From Eledone cirrhosa (lineage: Eukaryota), in the NCBI GenBank assembly GCA_964016885.1, contig OZ024740.1, positions 330,646,001-330,710,000 on the forward strand: DNA of 64,000 bases. The letters run 5' to 3'. Under the pieces are notes generated by a model, which saw only the letters and a program-made list of their open reading frames with translations, did no database searches and was not told the origin of the DNA. This document shows, piece by piece, positions 30,225-43,783 of the stretch. How positions within the stretch are numbered: the stretch's first letter is position 1; every line of letters starts with the position of its first letter. The position numbers and the translations under genes were made by a program.

Positions 30225-33200
30225 TATAAACGTTTGTAGCTGTAAGGCCAAAACAATGCAGGTATGGATATAGAATATAAATAAAAATGCAAAAGATACT
30301 TTTGACAATTAGTCTTACCTTAAATTTATTTAAGTATATTTAATTTTCGACATAATATCTCTTCTTCGGAGGGAAGTACAGTGGTTAAACCAGCGTTCTA
30401 AATAGCTTGCCAAGTCATGCTGACAGGAAATGGTATAGAGATTCTGTTCTATCTCTAATGTCAAAGAGTGAAGGTTAGGTGGATAAAGAGTAGTCTGCCT
30501 TTAAAAGGGGTTTTGTACATGTATGTTTAAGTGAGTGGGAGAGAACGTGAAGGCGTAAGTATGTGTGTGTGTGTGTGAGTGTGAGTGTGAGAAGATATGT
30601 CTATACGTAAATCTGGGGGCTAGAGGCTCTATCATGTTAAAATTGGTATTCGTGTGTGTATGTGTGTGAGAGAGAATAAGTGGAGGTGTAAACGTGTGTC
30701 TGTGTGTGTTTATGTGCGTGTGTGTGTGCGTGTTCATGTGTGTGATACGGGTGTGTGAGTGTGGGGCTAGGTTCTCTATCAAGTTATAAATTGGGTGCTG
30801 AGTTCTAGTCTGTTATTGATTGGTGGTTGTATTTTGTCTATAATCAGTGCTTTCTTAATTCTAAGATTGCCGAGGTTTCTTTTCTTAGTTTCTATCCTAA
30901 CTGTTATGTTTTTGTCGGTGTTTTTGCATTTCACTAGGTGTTTCTTAAATGAGGAAGCGTTAGTATTGAGGTGTACTTTTTTTCTCATGTGAAGTTATCT
31001 GGTGGTGCTACTTACGTAGAAGTTGCTGCATTTGTCGCACTCTAATCTGTATACCACGTAAGCCTAGTCGAATACGTCTGTGTCGCCGATGGGGCAGTTG
31101 GCCAGCCTGCAGCGGCTGTCATGTCTGGTGGAGTGTCTTTTGGTTAGCTGTCCGCATAGAAAAGGTCCTGAGTGGGCTAGTTGGATATTTAGTCCCTCTC
31201 GTCTGATAGCTCTGCGGATGGCTCTTGTTGTTTCGTCACTGAAGTGTGGGAGCTTCAGGAAGCAGGTGTTAGTGCCTCGGGTGTGGTGTCCTCTGTTGTT
31301 TCTGGCACGGTTCGTGGTGGACGTCGGGTATCCGTTCAGTTTGAGTACTTCCAGAAATGTGTGGTGTGTGTGTCTCGGTCTATAGTGTTGGTGTATTTGT
31401 TCCGGATACGTGTTAGTTCGTTCCTTATGCATCCGAAATTAGTGCCGGCTGGGAGGGCCGATCTGAAATGTATGAACAGGACCCTGCTGGCGGTTTTTCA
31501 TAGGAGCAGGTGTGGATGTTGCCTTCCTCTGTTACCCTGATTTGGAAGTGCTGTAGGGATAGGGACCCGCGATCATCGGGGTGTTCCATGCTGAATTTTA
31601 TACTGGCGTACATGCTGGACTATGTCGTGTATATTTTTTCGGCCTCTTCACGGGATGATGTAAGGATGAGTATGTCATCTACATATCGGGTGTAGAAGGC
31701 ATGGGAATGGCAGGTGTTGAGGGCTCGGCATTCTAGCTGGTTCATATAGGTGATGGCCAGCAGGCCTGATAGGCTGGATCCCATGGGTAATCCTGTTGTC
31801 AGTCGGTATGTGTAGTGATGGAAGGTGAATTACGTGTTATCCACTGTGAAGGACAAAAGCTGGTGTATGTCCGTCGAATGGAGGACGTAGCAGTGGATGT
31901 CCTCTGCGACAACGCAGTCCGTCAATAAATCGATAGCTGGATGATCGGGGACTGTAGTGTAGAGGGAGTCAACGTCGAGGCTAAAGGCGTATCTATTTCG
32001 TTTAAGTTGTTCTGGCTGGAGTTGTGGTAGTCTACGTATGACTTCATCGGAGCTACTGACATGCCCGGGAAAGGTGGAGAGTTGAGGCTTGAAGAGCTGG
32101 GAGAGGAGCCAGGAGATTTTGTATAGGGGTCCTTCTATGCTAGGGGCAATGGGTCTTATTTGCGTCTTAGTACTATTCTTGTGCGACTTGATGAGGTGAT
32201 AGAAAGTGGGCAGTCTGCTATTTCTAGTGGTGTAGTTCAGCTTAAATTTATTTGGGAGTTGTCTTCTCCTACATATGTCGGACCGGATGGATTTGGCCTG
32301 CTTTTCGATCTGGGCTGCAGTCATGTCCGGTATCTCTGTATATAGTACGTTGTCGCTTAGGTGTTCAAAGGCTAGGTTGTTGTATGTGGTTTGAGAGATG
32401 ACACAAAACTCTTTACCTTTGTCGGATGGTAAGTATATAAGTTCCCTATTCCGCAGGTTCTTCAGAGCGAGTTGTTGTGTCCTGGAGAGGTTTGGGGCTA
32501 TCTTCTTCTGTTTCCGCAACATGTTAAATACGGAATGATTTAGCCTCGAGCGTTTTTCTTCAAGATCGCGGTTAGCAGGCGGTGAACAGAGTGGGCAATT
32601 CAGTTGGTATATCGGGAATCTGGATTTGTTAGATTCCGTGGTGTTGTTGCCGAGAGTCGATATTCATTTTAGTTGGTAGGCGGCCCGACAGAATTTCGTT
32701 TATATGTCGAGCCATAATTTGTCGTCCAGTCTCTGTTTCAATATGAACTTGGGGCCCAGGCTGAAGAGGTCTAATTCCTCTCGGGAGAGGGATCCTGTCA
32801 AGCATGTGACGAGATGTTTGCGTCAGGTGTGTTGTGGGTCGGGGTACCGCTAGGTTCGGTGTGGTACCGTCTTGTTCGCCTCTGTTGGTGCTTAGAGTTG
32901 GGTTGTTGTTAAGACGGTTGCCGTGCTCAGTTTGAGAAATGTTTACGTTAGGCGTATTTTCTCGTAGTCTCGTAGTCTCCGCGATGGTGGTATGACCTGT
33001 CTATAGCGGCGGAGATAACTCTGGGCAGAGGTTCTGGGGTTTCAGCGAGTTGTGGTACAAGCCTGGAAATAGTCCGTATGTGTTGTTGTAGCGTGCGGTG
33101 TAGGTGTTGTATGAGTTTTCTAGAGGCAACATTTTTGTATGTAGCAAGTGATCGTTTGAGGCCTGGTGATTTGAAGCATGTTGCTGGGTGCAAGTTCTAG

Positions 33201-34090
33201 AAGGTTTTTGGGATGATGTTATTATTCAATCATCATTTGGGGAAGTTTATTTGGCAGCCGGCTTTGTCGAGCTTTTCAGATAGCTGGAAAAGTTGTGAAC
33301 TGGGCCTTGCTCAGGCGTTAGGAAAGGAGGAAGCTATAGTTCACTTGAAGCATTGTGTAATGAGGTATAAACGTTTGTAGTTGTAAGGCCAAAAGAATGC
33401 AGGTATGGATATAGAATATAAATGCAAATGCAAAGGATATTGTTGATAATTAGTCTTTTACCTTAAATTTATTTAAATATCTTTAATTTTCGAGATATCT
33501 CTTCTTCGGAGGGAAGTAAATTGGTTGATCCAGCGTTCTAAATAGCTTGCCTAGTCCTGCTGACAGGAAATAGTATAGAGATTATGTTCTATCTCTAATG
33601 TCAAAGTGTGAAGGTTAGGTGGATAAAGAGTAGTCTTCCTTTAAAAGAGATTTTGTACATGTATGTTTAAGTGTGTGGGAGAATACGCGAAGGCATAAGT
33701 ATGTGTGTGTGTGTGAGTCTGAGAAGATATGTCTATACGTAAATGTGGGGGCTAGCTGCACTATCATGTTAAAACTGGTCTTTGTATGTTTATGTGTGTG
33801 TGTAAGAGAGAATAAGTGGAGGTGTAAGCGTGTGTGTGTGTGCGTGTGTGTGCGTGTGTGTGTGCCTGTTCGTGTGTGTGAGAGGGGGGTGTAAGTGTGG
33901 CGCTAGGTGCTCTATCAAGTTATAAATTGGGTGCTGAGTTCTCGTCTATTATTGGTGGTCTATTATTGGTGGTCGTATTTTGTCTATAATCAGTGCTTCC
34001 TTAATTTTAATATTGCCGAGGTTTCTTTCCTTAATTTCTATCCTAACTGTTATGTTATTGTCGGTGTTTTTGCATTTCGCTAGGTGTTTC
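30225..34090 (-). mobile_element. Near full-length decayed PLE flanked by direct pLTR repeats
   Basis: PSDKG, FSLDVDSLYT, LPMGS and RYVDD-type motifs plus GIY-YIG (YVVYRLECDKCSNFYV.STTR); 30225-30945 repeats at 33367-34090. Confidence 0.9.
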
Positions 34091-34091
34091 T

Positions 34092-35612
34092 TTCTGGCCA
34101 TCACCTATATGAATCAGCTAGAATGCCGAGCCCTCAAAACCTGTCATTCCCATACGTTTTTCCCCCGATATGTAGATGACATACTCATCCTTACATCATC
34201 CCGTGAGGAGGCGGATAAAATATACACGACATTCGCCAGCTTGGACGCCAGTATAAAATTTAGCATGGGACACCCCGATAACCGCCGATCCTCTTCCTAC
34301 TGGACTTGCAACTCATGGTAACAGAGGAAGGCAACATCCACACCATCTTCTATAAAAAGGCCGCCAGCAGGGTCCTGTTCGTACATTTCAGATCGGCCCT
34401 CCCAGCCGGTGCTAAGTTCGGATACAAAAGGAATGAACTACACATATCCGGAACAAATGCATCGACGCTAGAGACCGAGACACACACACCAAACATTTCC
34501 TGGAAGTACTCAAACTGAACGTCCACCACGAACCGTGCCAGAAAGAACAGAGGACACCACACTCGAGGCATTAACACCTGCTTCCTGAAGCTCCCACACT
34601 TCAGTGACGAAACAACAAGAGCCATCCGCAGAGCTATCAGACGAGAGCGACTAAATATCCAACTAGCCCATTCAGGGCCTTTTCTACGCCGACAGCTAAC
34701 CAAATGAAACTCCACTAGACATGACAGCCGCTGCAGGTTGGCCAACTGCCTCATCGGCGACACAGACGTATGCCACCAGGCGTACGTCGTATACAGATTA
34801 GAGTGCGACAAATTCAGCAACTTCTACGTAGGTAGCACCACCAGATAACTTCACATAAGAATAAAAGAACACCTCAATACTAACGCTCGTCATTTAAGAA
34901 ACACCCAGTGAAATGCAAAAACCCCGACAAAAACATAACAGTTAGGATAGAAACTAAGAAAAGAAACCTCGGCAATCTTAGAATTAAGAAAGCACTGATT
35001 ATAGAAAAAACGCAACCACCAATCAATAATAGACTAGAACTCAACACTCAATTTATAAATTGATAGAGCACCTAGCCCCACACTTACACCCACCTTTGAC
35101 ACCCACACACACGCACGCACACACGCACACACACACACGCACGCTTACACCTCCACTTATTCGCTCTCACACACACACATACACACACAAAGACCAGTGT
35201 TAACATGATAGAGCATCTAGCTCCCAGATTTACGTATAGACATATCTTCTCACACCCACACACACATACTTACGCCTTCACGTATTCTCCCACTCACTTA
35301 AACATACATGTACAAAACCCCTTTTAAACCTTCACTCTTTGACATTAGAGATAGAACAGAATCTCTATACCATTTCCTGTCAGCATGACTTGGCAAGCTA
35401 TTTAGAACGCTGGTTTAACCACTTTACTTTCCTCCGAAGAAGAGATATTATCTCGAAAATTAAGGATATTTAAATAAATTTAAGGGAAAAGAGTAATTGT
35501 CAACAATATCTTTTGCATTTGCATTTATATTCTATATCCATGCCTGCATTGTTTTGGCCTTACAATTACAAACGTGTATACCTCATTACACATCACTACA
35601 CTATAACTTCCT

Positions 35613-35615
<3 letters not shown>
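34092..35615 (+). mobile_element. Inverted 3' portion of the same PLE family (RT C-terminus, GIY-YIG, pLTR)
   Basis: Reverse complement of 30225-31760; RYVDDILILT; HHR-like motif at 35430-35466. Confidence 0.9.
35430..35466 (+). ncRNA. Ultra-minimal hammerhead-like motif (CCGAAGA core, loopless palindromic stem III)
   Basis: TCCT-CCGAAGA-a-GAGAT-ATT-ATCTC-GAAAA-TTA-AGGA; copies on the minus strand at 30339-30373 and 33481-33512. Confidence 0.5.
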
Positions 35616-35647
<32 letters not shown>

Positions 35648-36238
35648 TATATATATAAATATCCGCAAACCGTGCTCATTATGTAAGAGCGGGATCAACG
35701 TGTAGTCATTACAGGCTGTTGAATTGGTAAATATTGCCACTGAATCAGCCTCAAAGCACATCCCATTAAAGGGAGAGCATAGATATTGTAGTGTGGACCA
35801 AGTGCTCTGCAACCTGTTTAAAACTATGTCATCTAGATACACATGGTAACCCGCGATCTAGTATCTGTAAAACAAATTGTGATACTCGCGGCTAAAATGT
35901 CATTGATCGATTGACTAAGAATGATCTTGGACTGAAGAACAATATTTGCTGGCAATATTACAACGTCATCTTTCTGTATTTGATTTAAGTAATTCTGTTC
36001 GTATGCTGATGGAAAATGTCAGTTTTAAGGTGAGTAAGGGACAGGGGAGAGAGAGTGAGGTTGGGGAAGCGGGAGAAAGTTAGATGGAGCAAGAAAATGT
36101 TAGAGAATGAGACACCAAGGGTGCAAGACGGCTATATTTCTCTCTGAAATAGTAAAGCAATGCTTTAGACATCGAACAAGTGACAAGGAAAAGAAAAAAA
36201 AAGAGATTTGATATATATGCGTCTGTGTGTTTGTGTGA

Positions 36239-36298
<60 letters not shown>

Positions 36299-36778
36299 AC
36301 AGGGAGAAAGAGACGATTATGAGGAAGGAAAATGTATTTTTTTCCTTTTTTTTGTCTCTCTCTCTCATTTTTCTGGGTTAGAAAATGATTAAAACGAAAT
36401 GTTTTAATTTGTGTGAAGTGTTAATGTATTAGCTGATTTATTTCTTATTTAGCAATGGCATTTATCTATCTAATTATATATTTAATTATTGTCTATTACT
36501 GGTTTCTGCATTTATATGCATTATCAAATGATAGTGAAATGTATAAGTGTGGTGTCGCACATGTTAAACAGAAGATGCAGAAAGAATAATGTTATATACA
36601 AACAAGGTTTAAGAAGTGAAAAGAAAAAAGAAAAAGGAAAAAAAATCCGTGCATAATGTGGAACGTAAAAAGTCAATGTGGAAGAAAAGTTAATGTTATT
36701 TACAGGCACAGTAATTGAAGTTAAGCAGTTCAAAATGTGTTAATATCGCAAGAGTATTTAGTTGAACCATGGTTTCCT

Positions 36779-38070
36779 AGTGAACTTCCACAGCGCATCC
36801 CTAAAGAATTTGTGTTGGACGGACTCAAATTTATCTTGGAAAACAATTTCTTTGAATTCAATGCCAAATACTACAGACAGAAATCTGAGACTGCCATGGG
36901 CACGAAAGTGGCACCCTCATACGCCAACCTTGTCATGGGATATTTGGAAACCATTCTCTACCGCAAAGTTCTAGACAAATACGGCAACCACTTCTACCAA
37001 CACATAGAAAAGAACTGGAAGAGATATGTGGACGACTGCTTCATCCTCTGGCATGAAAGTATAGATAGACTGTTTGAGTTCAAAACCCTTCTGAATGAGC
37101 TCAACACTAACTTTCAATTCACAATGGATTACAGCCATGAACAACTCCCTTTCCTCGACATCCTCATCAAGAAAACAATCAACACAATAGAAACAGACAT
37201 ATACTACAAACCTACAGACTCCAAACAATACCTTCCATTCAACTCGTGCCACCCTAGACACACCAAAATGGCAATTCCTTATGACCTAGCCAGAAGGATC
37301 TGCACAATAGTTTCAGATAAATACACATGCTACACACGACTAGAAGAATTAAAAAACACACTTATCAGCAGAAACTACCCACCATCCCTAATCACCAATG
37401 GATTCGAACGTGCCCTAAAACTAGACATCCAGGAACTCAGACACCCCAAACCCAGGAGTGAACCGCAACAAAAATCTCTACCATACATCTCCACACACAA
37501 CCCACTCAACAATGAGGCATTCGATACCATCCTCCAGAACATTCCTTTACTAAAAAGAGACCCAAGAATGAACAATATCCTCCAAACACACAACATCATA
37601 TAGAGTAAAAGACAACTCAAATCCATAAAAAACATCCTCACACAAGCCAAAATCCAACAAACCTTCACAATAAACCCTACAGTAACAAAATGCGGAAAGC
37701 CCAACTGTAGCATATGCATAAATCTAATAGAAGGTTCAACATTCCATTTTAAACAAGGACAACGTTTCACAGTTAAACACAACTTTACATGTGCATCTGA
37801 AAACCTTATCTATGTTTTGACTTGCTCAGGTTGTCTAGAGCCCTATATAGGACAGACAAAAAACAGCCTCCGTCAACGTATGACCGTCCATAAATCACAA
37901 ATTAAAATATAGGAATACAGAAAGATTGCATTTAGTGAACCTATCGCCAATTGTGCTCTCAACCAACTTCCAAACTTTAAAATTTTCCCCATTTACAAAT
38001 TCATAGACAACGCTACTTTCATCCAACGCACCAATAAGGAAATAAATTTCAACCAGTACTCAATGCCCTG
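36779..38070 (+). pseudogene. PLE RT-GIY-YIG coding remnant
   Basis: AMGTKVAPSYANL, WKRYVDDCF, LPFLD; in-frame TAG at 37601-37603, then KCGKPNCSIC and FTCASENLIYVLTCSGC..YIGQT. Confidence 0.9.
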
Positions 38071-38491
38071 AAATTCGGACTTATCGAAAACTGCAACAAA
38101 CCATCAAAGATTTACAAGAGTTACCTACCTCACACCCTACCTAATCCTTTTAATTAATAAATTAAATATCACCCAGCAAGAATTGGTTCCCCTGCATATT
38201 AACTCTCTAAAAAGGGAAATCATATCAAACCACAGTCCACCATTTGCCTCCTTCAGGGAACCATGGTCTACTAAACACTCTTGCGATATTAATACATTTT
38301 GAAATAGTTAACTTCAATGACTATGCTTGTAAATAACATTAACTTTTCTTCCACATAGACTTTTTACGTTCCACATTATGCACGGTTTCTTTTTTCTTTT
38401 TTCTTTTCACTTCTTAAACCTTGTTTGTATATAACATTATTCTTTCTGCACCTTCTGTTTAATATGTGCGACACCACACTAATATATTTCA

Positions 38492-38533
38492 CTATCATTT
38501 GATAATGCATATAAATGCAGAAACCGGTAATAG
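38492..38533 (+). ncRNA. Minimal hammerhead, U3-A8 variant
   Basis: CTATCAT-TTGATAA-TGCAT-ATAA-ATGCA-GAAAC-CG-GTA-ATAG; sense to the PLE ORF. Inverted twin at 36493-36534. Confidence 0.7.
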
Positions 38534-38725
38534 ACAATAATTAAATATATAAATAGATAAATAGACGCCATTGTTAAATAATAAATAAATCAACTAATAC
38601 CTTAACACTTCACACAAATTAAAACATTTCGTTTTAATCATTTTCTAACCCAGAAAAAAGAGAGAGAGAGAAACAGATGGAAAAAGAAATATTTGTCTTC
38701 CTCATAATCGTCTCTTTCTCCCTGT

Positions 38726-38767
<42 letters not shown>

Positions 38768-38873
38768 TAACTCGTGTGCCTCCTCTCCACATTTTATTAT
38801 TATTATTATATATATTTCATCCTTACAGCAATGTACTGGGTAATTGCTGGCCTCGTGCCAAAAGTAGAAACAA

Positions 38874-38952
<79 letters not shown>

Positions 38953-38987
38953 TTATATATATGTATATTTATATATATATACATATA

Positions 38988-39020
<33 letters not shown>

Positions 39021-39031
39021 GTGTGTGTGTA

Positions 39032-39086
<55 letters not shown>

Positions 39087-39644
39087 CGTTTCTGAATTTG
39101 TTTAGCAAGATTCTTTATCTGAAATCGTGTGTTGAAACCGATATTGTTATACTTTGGGAGGGTCATGTTGCCAATAAGAAACACACGCACCACATGCTTT
39201 CACTTCAATTTATTATATTTATAAATTTATAAATTTACAAATTTACAAACTTATAAATTTCTGGTTGGTTGGTTGGTTCCACAACCAGATAGTTGTTTAT
39301 ATATAGTCATAGTCCTTTTGTCACACACTCTGTGACCTCTTCAGTGACTGGGGATTCCTTTCTTTGTTTCTTTGTTTCTGTGCCTTTCCTTTCTTCTATC
39401 CTACGCCATTTTGTTTCTGTGTGTGTGCTGTGTGCTCAGTTTGCGCATGCGCCACATCCGGGTGTCTGTGTGTGTTTGTGTTCATTCATCTATTTGTTTA
39501 TTTATTTATTTATTTATTTATTTATTGTTGGTTGGTTGTTTGTTCTATGTGCGTGTGTGTTTTGATTTTGTCCTGTGTGTGTTTTCATTTTGTCCTTAAT
39601 TGTAAGTTGTTTGTTCTATGTGTGTGTGTGTTTTGATTTTGTCC

Positions 39645-42359
39645 TTAATTGTAAGTTTTGATGTTGCTGTTCAACTCATATTTTCTATTTAATTTTGGTT
39701 TTAATTCTTTTATGCTTACTGCCTCTGTAATTTGCCTAAACATTGCGTCTTTTCTGTGTGTGGATTCTATTTTCATTTCTATGCTCTCTAATCTACCCCT
39801 GTGTTCTATCTTAGCATGTTGGTAGAGCACAGATGATTCTTTATTATCTTGGAGGTCTCGCCAGTGTTCATTTATTCGTTCCCCTATACTACGAGCTGTC
39901 TCACCTATGTACACTATACTTTTGTTTCTACATTGTCCTTCAGTACATCTTATGCTATACACTACATTTCTAGCTTTACAGTTAATATGGGGGCTTATTT
40001 TACAGGTTATACATTTCTTATCTATACATGAGGGTCTTTGGAAGGGGTATGTCTTGCTAATAAGTGTTTTTACGGAGGTACCTCGTCTTTCTACTATCTT
40101 AATATTGAGATTATGTTTATTTAGGGCCCTTCTAAATTTGTAGGCTAGTTCGCCTCTAGGGGTTGTATTGATGAACATTACACTCTGGTATTTATTGCTA
40201 TCATACCATGAGTTTATTCTATTGGCCTTGTTCCTAGTTCTTTTTATTCTATTCCAAAATTTGCTCCTATACAAGGGGCAGGTCCCATTTATGTCATTAT
40301 TTACCATTGTTTCCCATTTGGTTCTGGCTCCTTTATACACTCTGATTCTATCTCTCTGGTTGTAGCCAGAGAACTGCATACGGTGGATGAAGTGTTGTAT
40401 GTGTCTCTCTAGTTCTTCGGGGTTGCACATGCGGGACACATTTCTCATCACCCGTACCAAATCCGCAATCAGTATGTTGATTTTGGTATGGTCCGAAATG
40501 GCCGAGTTTCGGTGGATCAGATGTTTGGAAGTCATGGGTTTGGCATAATGGGAATGGAGGATTTGTTTTTGGTTGTTAATGGTATCTAACCAGAGCTTTG
40601 TGTCTAGTACAGGTAATCGATGGTTGGGGTGTCTACTTGGGTAGTCTATAGTAACTCTAATGCTCTGGTGGATGGAGTTTGCTATTTGCTGGATACTTTC
40701 CATTGTGTTTTTCTCTAGTTCCTGACTGTTCTTTAGTGGGCGTGTCTTAACTACGATGTTTATATCATCTACGTAGCGGGAGTACATTATCAGGGTTAAG
40801 CTGTCTTCTAATTGTTCATTAAGTTTTTGTTTAAGTCTATTGTCCCACCATACCATGAATAAGTTAGCTATGTCGCCTGCAATGCTAACACCAATGGCTG
40901 CTCCTTCCTCTTGGGCATATGTTTTACCATTAAATTTGAACATATGTTTCTTAAGGGTTAATTTTATGCTGGCCCCTACCGCATGTGCAATCATTTTCTT
41001 CAGTTCATCGTGGTTTTAGGGTGTCCGTATGCCTCTGGTCCACCCTTTCCATCTATCTGTGTGGGTTTTCTTGGCCATTGAGGGAATGGTAGGTGGTCTG
41101 CCTCTTGCTGGTCTTGTAGGGCACAGGTTGCTAAGGTCATAAGTGTCTAGGTAACTATTACTATGGGTAAGCTTAAGTAGAAGTCCCAGCTCACTGGTAT
41201 CAATCCCACAGAACTCAACCTTGCTTTCGCTGATCATTTCTACGCATTTCTCCACAGCAAAATCCACGTCAATAGATGGATACAGGGACACAACATCCAT
41301 ACTGCCTATTATGCAGTTTGTTAGGTCCCCAGATCGGTTACCCGCGCGGATTCTGCTGAGGAGGTCCTCCGTGCTGTCACACACATCTGGGGACATCTCA
41401 ATGATGGGGCGTATGATCGGGGAGAGGAAGTAGGACAGTCTGTAGTTACTAGCAATATTAGCCAAACAGACTGGCCGTGTTGGTGGTCCCGCGACAGGGT
41501 CCCAGCTCGTCTTATGGTCTTTTCGAAGCCCATACAACGCCGGCACGTCATTGTTCCAGGCCTGGAAGTTGTTGGCAGTCCTTTTGTTGGGCTGCATTAT
41601 ATTCGTCCACATCACCATATGGGCATTGAGGGCTTTTTCTCTATCCTCATGCTCCTGTGGTGTTACCTCTCTTGTGTTAGTGATGTGGGGTTGCATTGCC
41701 TGGATGTAGTTTGGCAGGCTGTCAACCGACATTCTGCCAGACTTGTCTGTTGGAAAACATGCTATCTCTCCATTACGCAAGCGCTGCGTGAGCTTACGCA
41801 AGCCATTTGCAGATTCTTCTCCCAGTTGCTGGGCCTCTATTCTATCATGCTTCTTGCTATACTGTTCTATAATATTTCTAAGTTCGGATTTAGCTATACT
41901 AAATTGTGCTTCTGTTTGTTCATCGACCTGCGACGGCAACTGCCTGCGTTTGTTAAATGGCAAAGTCGTGGCGTGGACTCGTCGTAGGTCGAATGCTTTA
42001 TCGGAGGGGTTATAAAACGGAGAGTTCCAGGCTGCTGCTTTATGTGTACTAGTGTTATTATTATTGTTAGTTGTGTTGTTTCTATTTCTATTTCCACCAA
42101 CAGCCTCATGGTTGTTTCTATGTCTGTCATAATTACTCCTGTCTCTTTCCACTGGCTCAATGTTGTTATCTACCCTATTTTGTGTGTCTGTGTGTTCGTC
42201 TTGGTTATTCTCTTTGTCCTTAGTCTCCCATCTCCTTTTCCTTTTAATCCTATTACTTTCTCTTATTTCTCTGATTTCTGTGCTACTGTCATTACTTGTT
42301 TTCTGTGTCTGTGTGTTTGTTAAGATTGTTGTGGTGTTGAGAGGCATTGAATGCATGTG

Positions 42360-42423
<64 letters not shown>

Positions 42424-42800
42424 GATGTGTGTTGTTGTTGTGTGTTGTTGTTGTCTCCGTGTGTGTTATCGTTGTTGTGTGTGTTGTTATTGTTGTTTGT
42501 GTCTGCGTGTCTGTTGTTGTTGTATCTGGGTATGTTGCTATTGTTGTTGTTGTTGATGTGTGTGTTGTTGTTATTGTTGTCTCCGTGTGTGTTATCGTTG
42601 TTGTGTGTGTTGTTATTGTTGTTTGTGTCTGCGTGTCTGTTGTTGTTGTATCTGGGTATGTTGCTATTGTTGTTGTTGTTGATGTGTGTGTTGTTGTTAT
42701 TGTTGTTTGTGTCTGTGTGTCTGTTGTTGTTGGGATGTGTGTTGTATACGTGTGTGCGTATATTGTTGCTTTTGTTTTTGATGCTCCAGCGTAGTTTTGT
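39645..42800 (-). pseudogene. PLE RT plus GIY-YIG polyprotein, ~1050 codons, single in-frame TAA at 41016-41018
   Basis: PTDKSG, GSMDVVSLYPSI, GAAIG, YSRYVDD, LPVLD and NVVYSIRC..VYIGETARSIGERINEH; the two listed ORFs are in frame (RTP*NHDELKKMIAH). Confidence 0.92.
42350..42740. repeat. (GTT)n-rich low-complexity tract with internal ~117-bp duplication inside the PLE ORF
   Basis: NNNNTHINNNNNSNIPRYNNNRHADT occurs twice, followed by a poly-Thr run. Confidence 0.85.
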
Positions 42801-42977
42801 AAAACAACCAACCAACAATAAATAAATAAATAAATAAACAAATAGATAAATGAACACAAACACACACAGACACCCGGATGTGGCGCATGCGCAAACTGAG
42901 CACACAACACACACACAGAAACAAAATGGCGTAGGATAGAAGAAAGGAAAGGCACAGAAACAAAGAAAGGAATCCCC

Positions 42978-43022
42978 AGTCACTGAAGAGGTCACAGAGT
43001 GTGTGACGAAAGGACTATGACT
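42978..43022 (+). ncRNA. Minimal hammerhead ribozyme in inverted pLTR
   Basis: AGTCA-CTGAAGA-g-GTCACA-GAGTG-TGTGAC-GAAAG-GA-CTA-TGACT. The twin at 39305-39349 (-) has G12->A. Confidence 0.85.
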
Positions 43023-43204
43023 ATATATAAACAACTATCTGGTTGTGGAACCAACCAACCAACCAGAAATTTATAAGTTTGTAAATTTGCAAATTTATAA
43101 ATTTATAAATATATAATAAATTGAAGTGAATGCAACTGGTGCGGGTGTTTCTTATTGGCAACATGACCCTCCCAAAGTATAACAATATATATATATATTT
43201 ATAC

Positions 43205-43238
<34 letters not shown>

Positions 43239-43257
43239 GTGTGTATATATATATGTG

Positions 43258-43290
<33 letters not shown>

Positions 43291-43517
43291 CGAGAGAGAG
43301 AGAGAGATTACAATAACCAAAGTTCACTTTAAATCATTTATTTGCTTACAATTGTTTCCTCCAACTTCGTACCAACTATTTAGTGATCTATAACATATTT
43401 GACCTCCTTTTTAACACAAGAGACATATAAAAACATATGCATATATTGACCCACAGTGGGTTGACATCCATCATAATGATATAGCATGGCAATTTACATA
43501 TAAAAGTTAAAGGATGA

Positions 43518-43783
43518 AAATGAAAATAAAAATAAAAATAAAAATAAAAATAAAAATAAAAATAAAAATAAAAATAAAAATAAAAATAAAAATAAAAATA
43601 AAAATAAAAATAAAAATAAAAATAAAAATAAAAATAAAAATAAAAATAAAAAATAAAAATAAAAATAAAAATAAAAATAAAAATAAAAATAAAAATAAAA
43701 ATAAAAATAAAAATAAAAGTAAAAGTAAAAGTAAAAATAAAAATAAAAATAAAAATAAAAATAAAAATAAAAATAAAAATAAA
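43518..43783. repeat. (AAAAAT)n hexanucleotide microsatellite
   Basis: Direct reading. Confidence 0.95.

Larger units (their letters stand above)
36293..38730 (+). mobile_element. 5'-truncated Neptune-like PLE enclosed by ~480-bp inverted pLTRs
   Basis: 36293-36778 is the reverse complement of 38257-38730; (TA)n outside both ends. Confidence 0.9.
39085..43188 (-). mobile_element. Young Penelope-like element with inverted pLTRs
   Basis: 39141-39541 and 42803-43187 are high-identity inverted repeats; (TA)n on both sides. Confidence 0.92.

Noticed and set aside
36293-38730. Long terminal inverted repeats with TA flanks suggesting a DNA transposon
   Set aside because: The interior encodes RT/GIY-YIG and the repeats carry HHRs, so they are inverted pLTRs.
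41016-41018. Possible selenocysteine recoding in the PLE ORF (known for Naiad PLEs)
   Set aside because: The stop is TAA, not TGA (TAG at 37601), and the endonuclease is C-terminal.
42803-43034. Hydrophobic Cys-rich N-terminus of the 672-aa ORF
   Set aside because: Antisense read of the inverted pLTR fused at the truncation point (same peptide as ORF 39293-39565).
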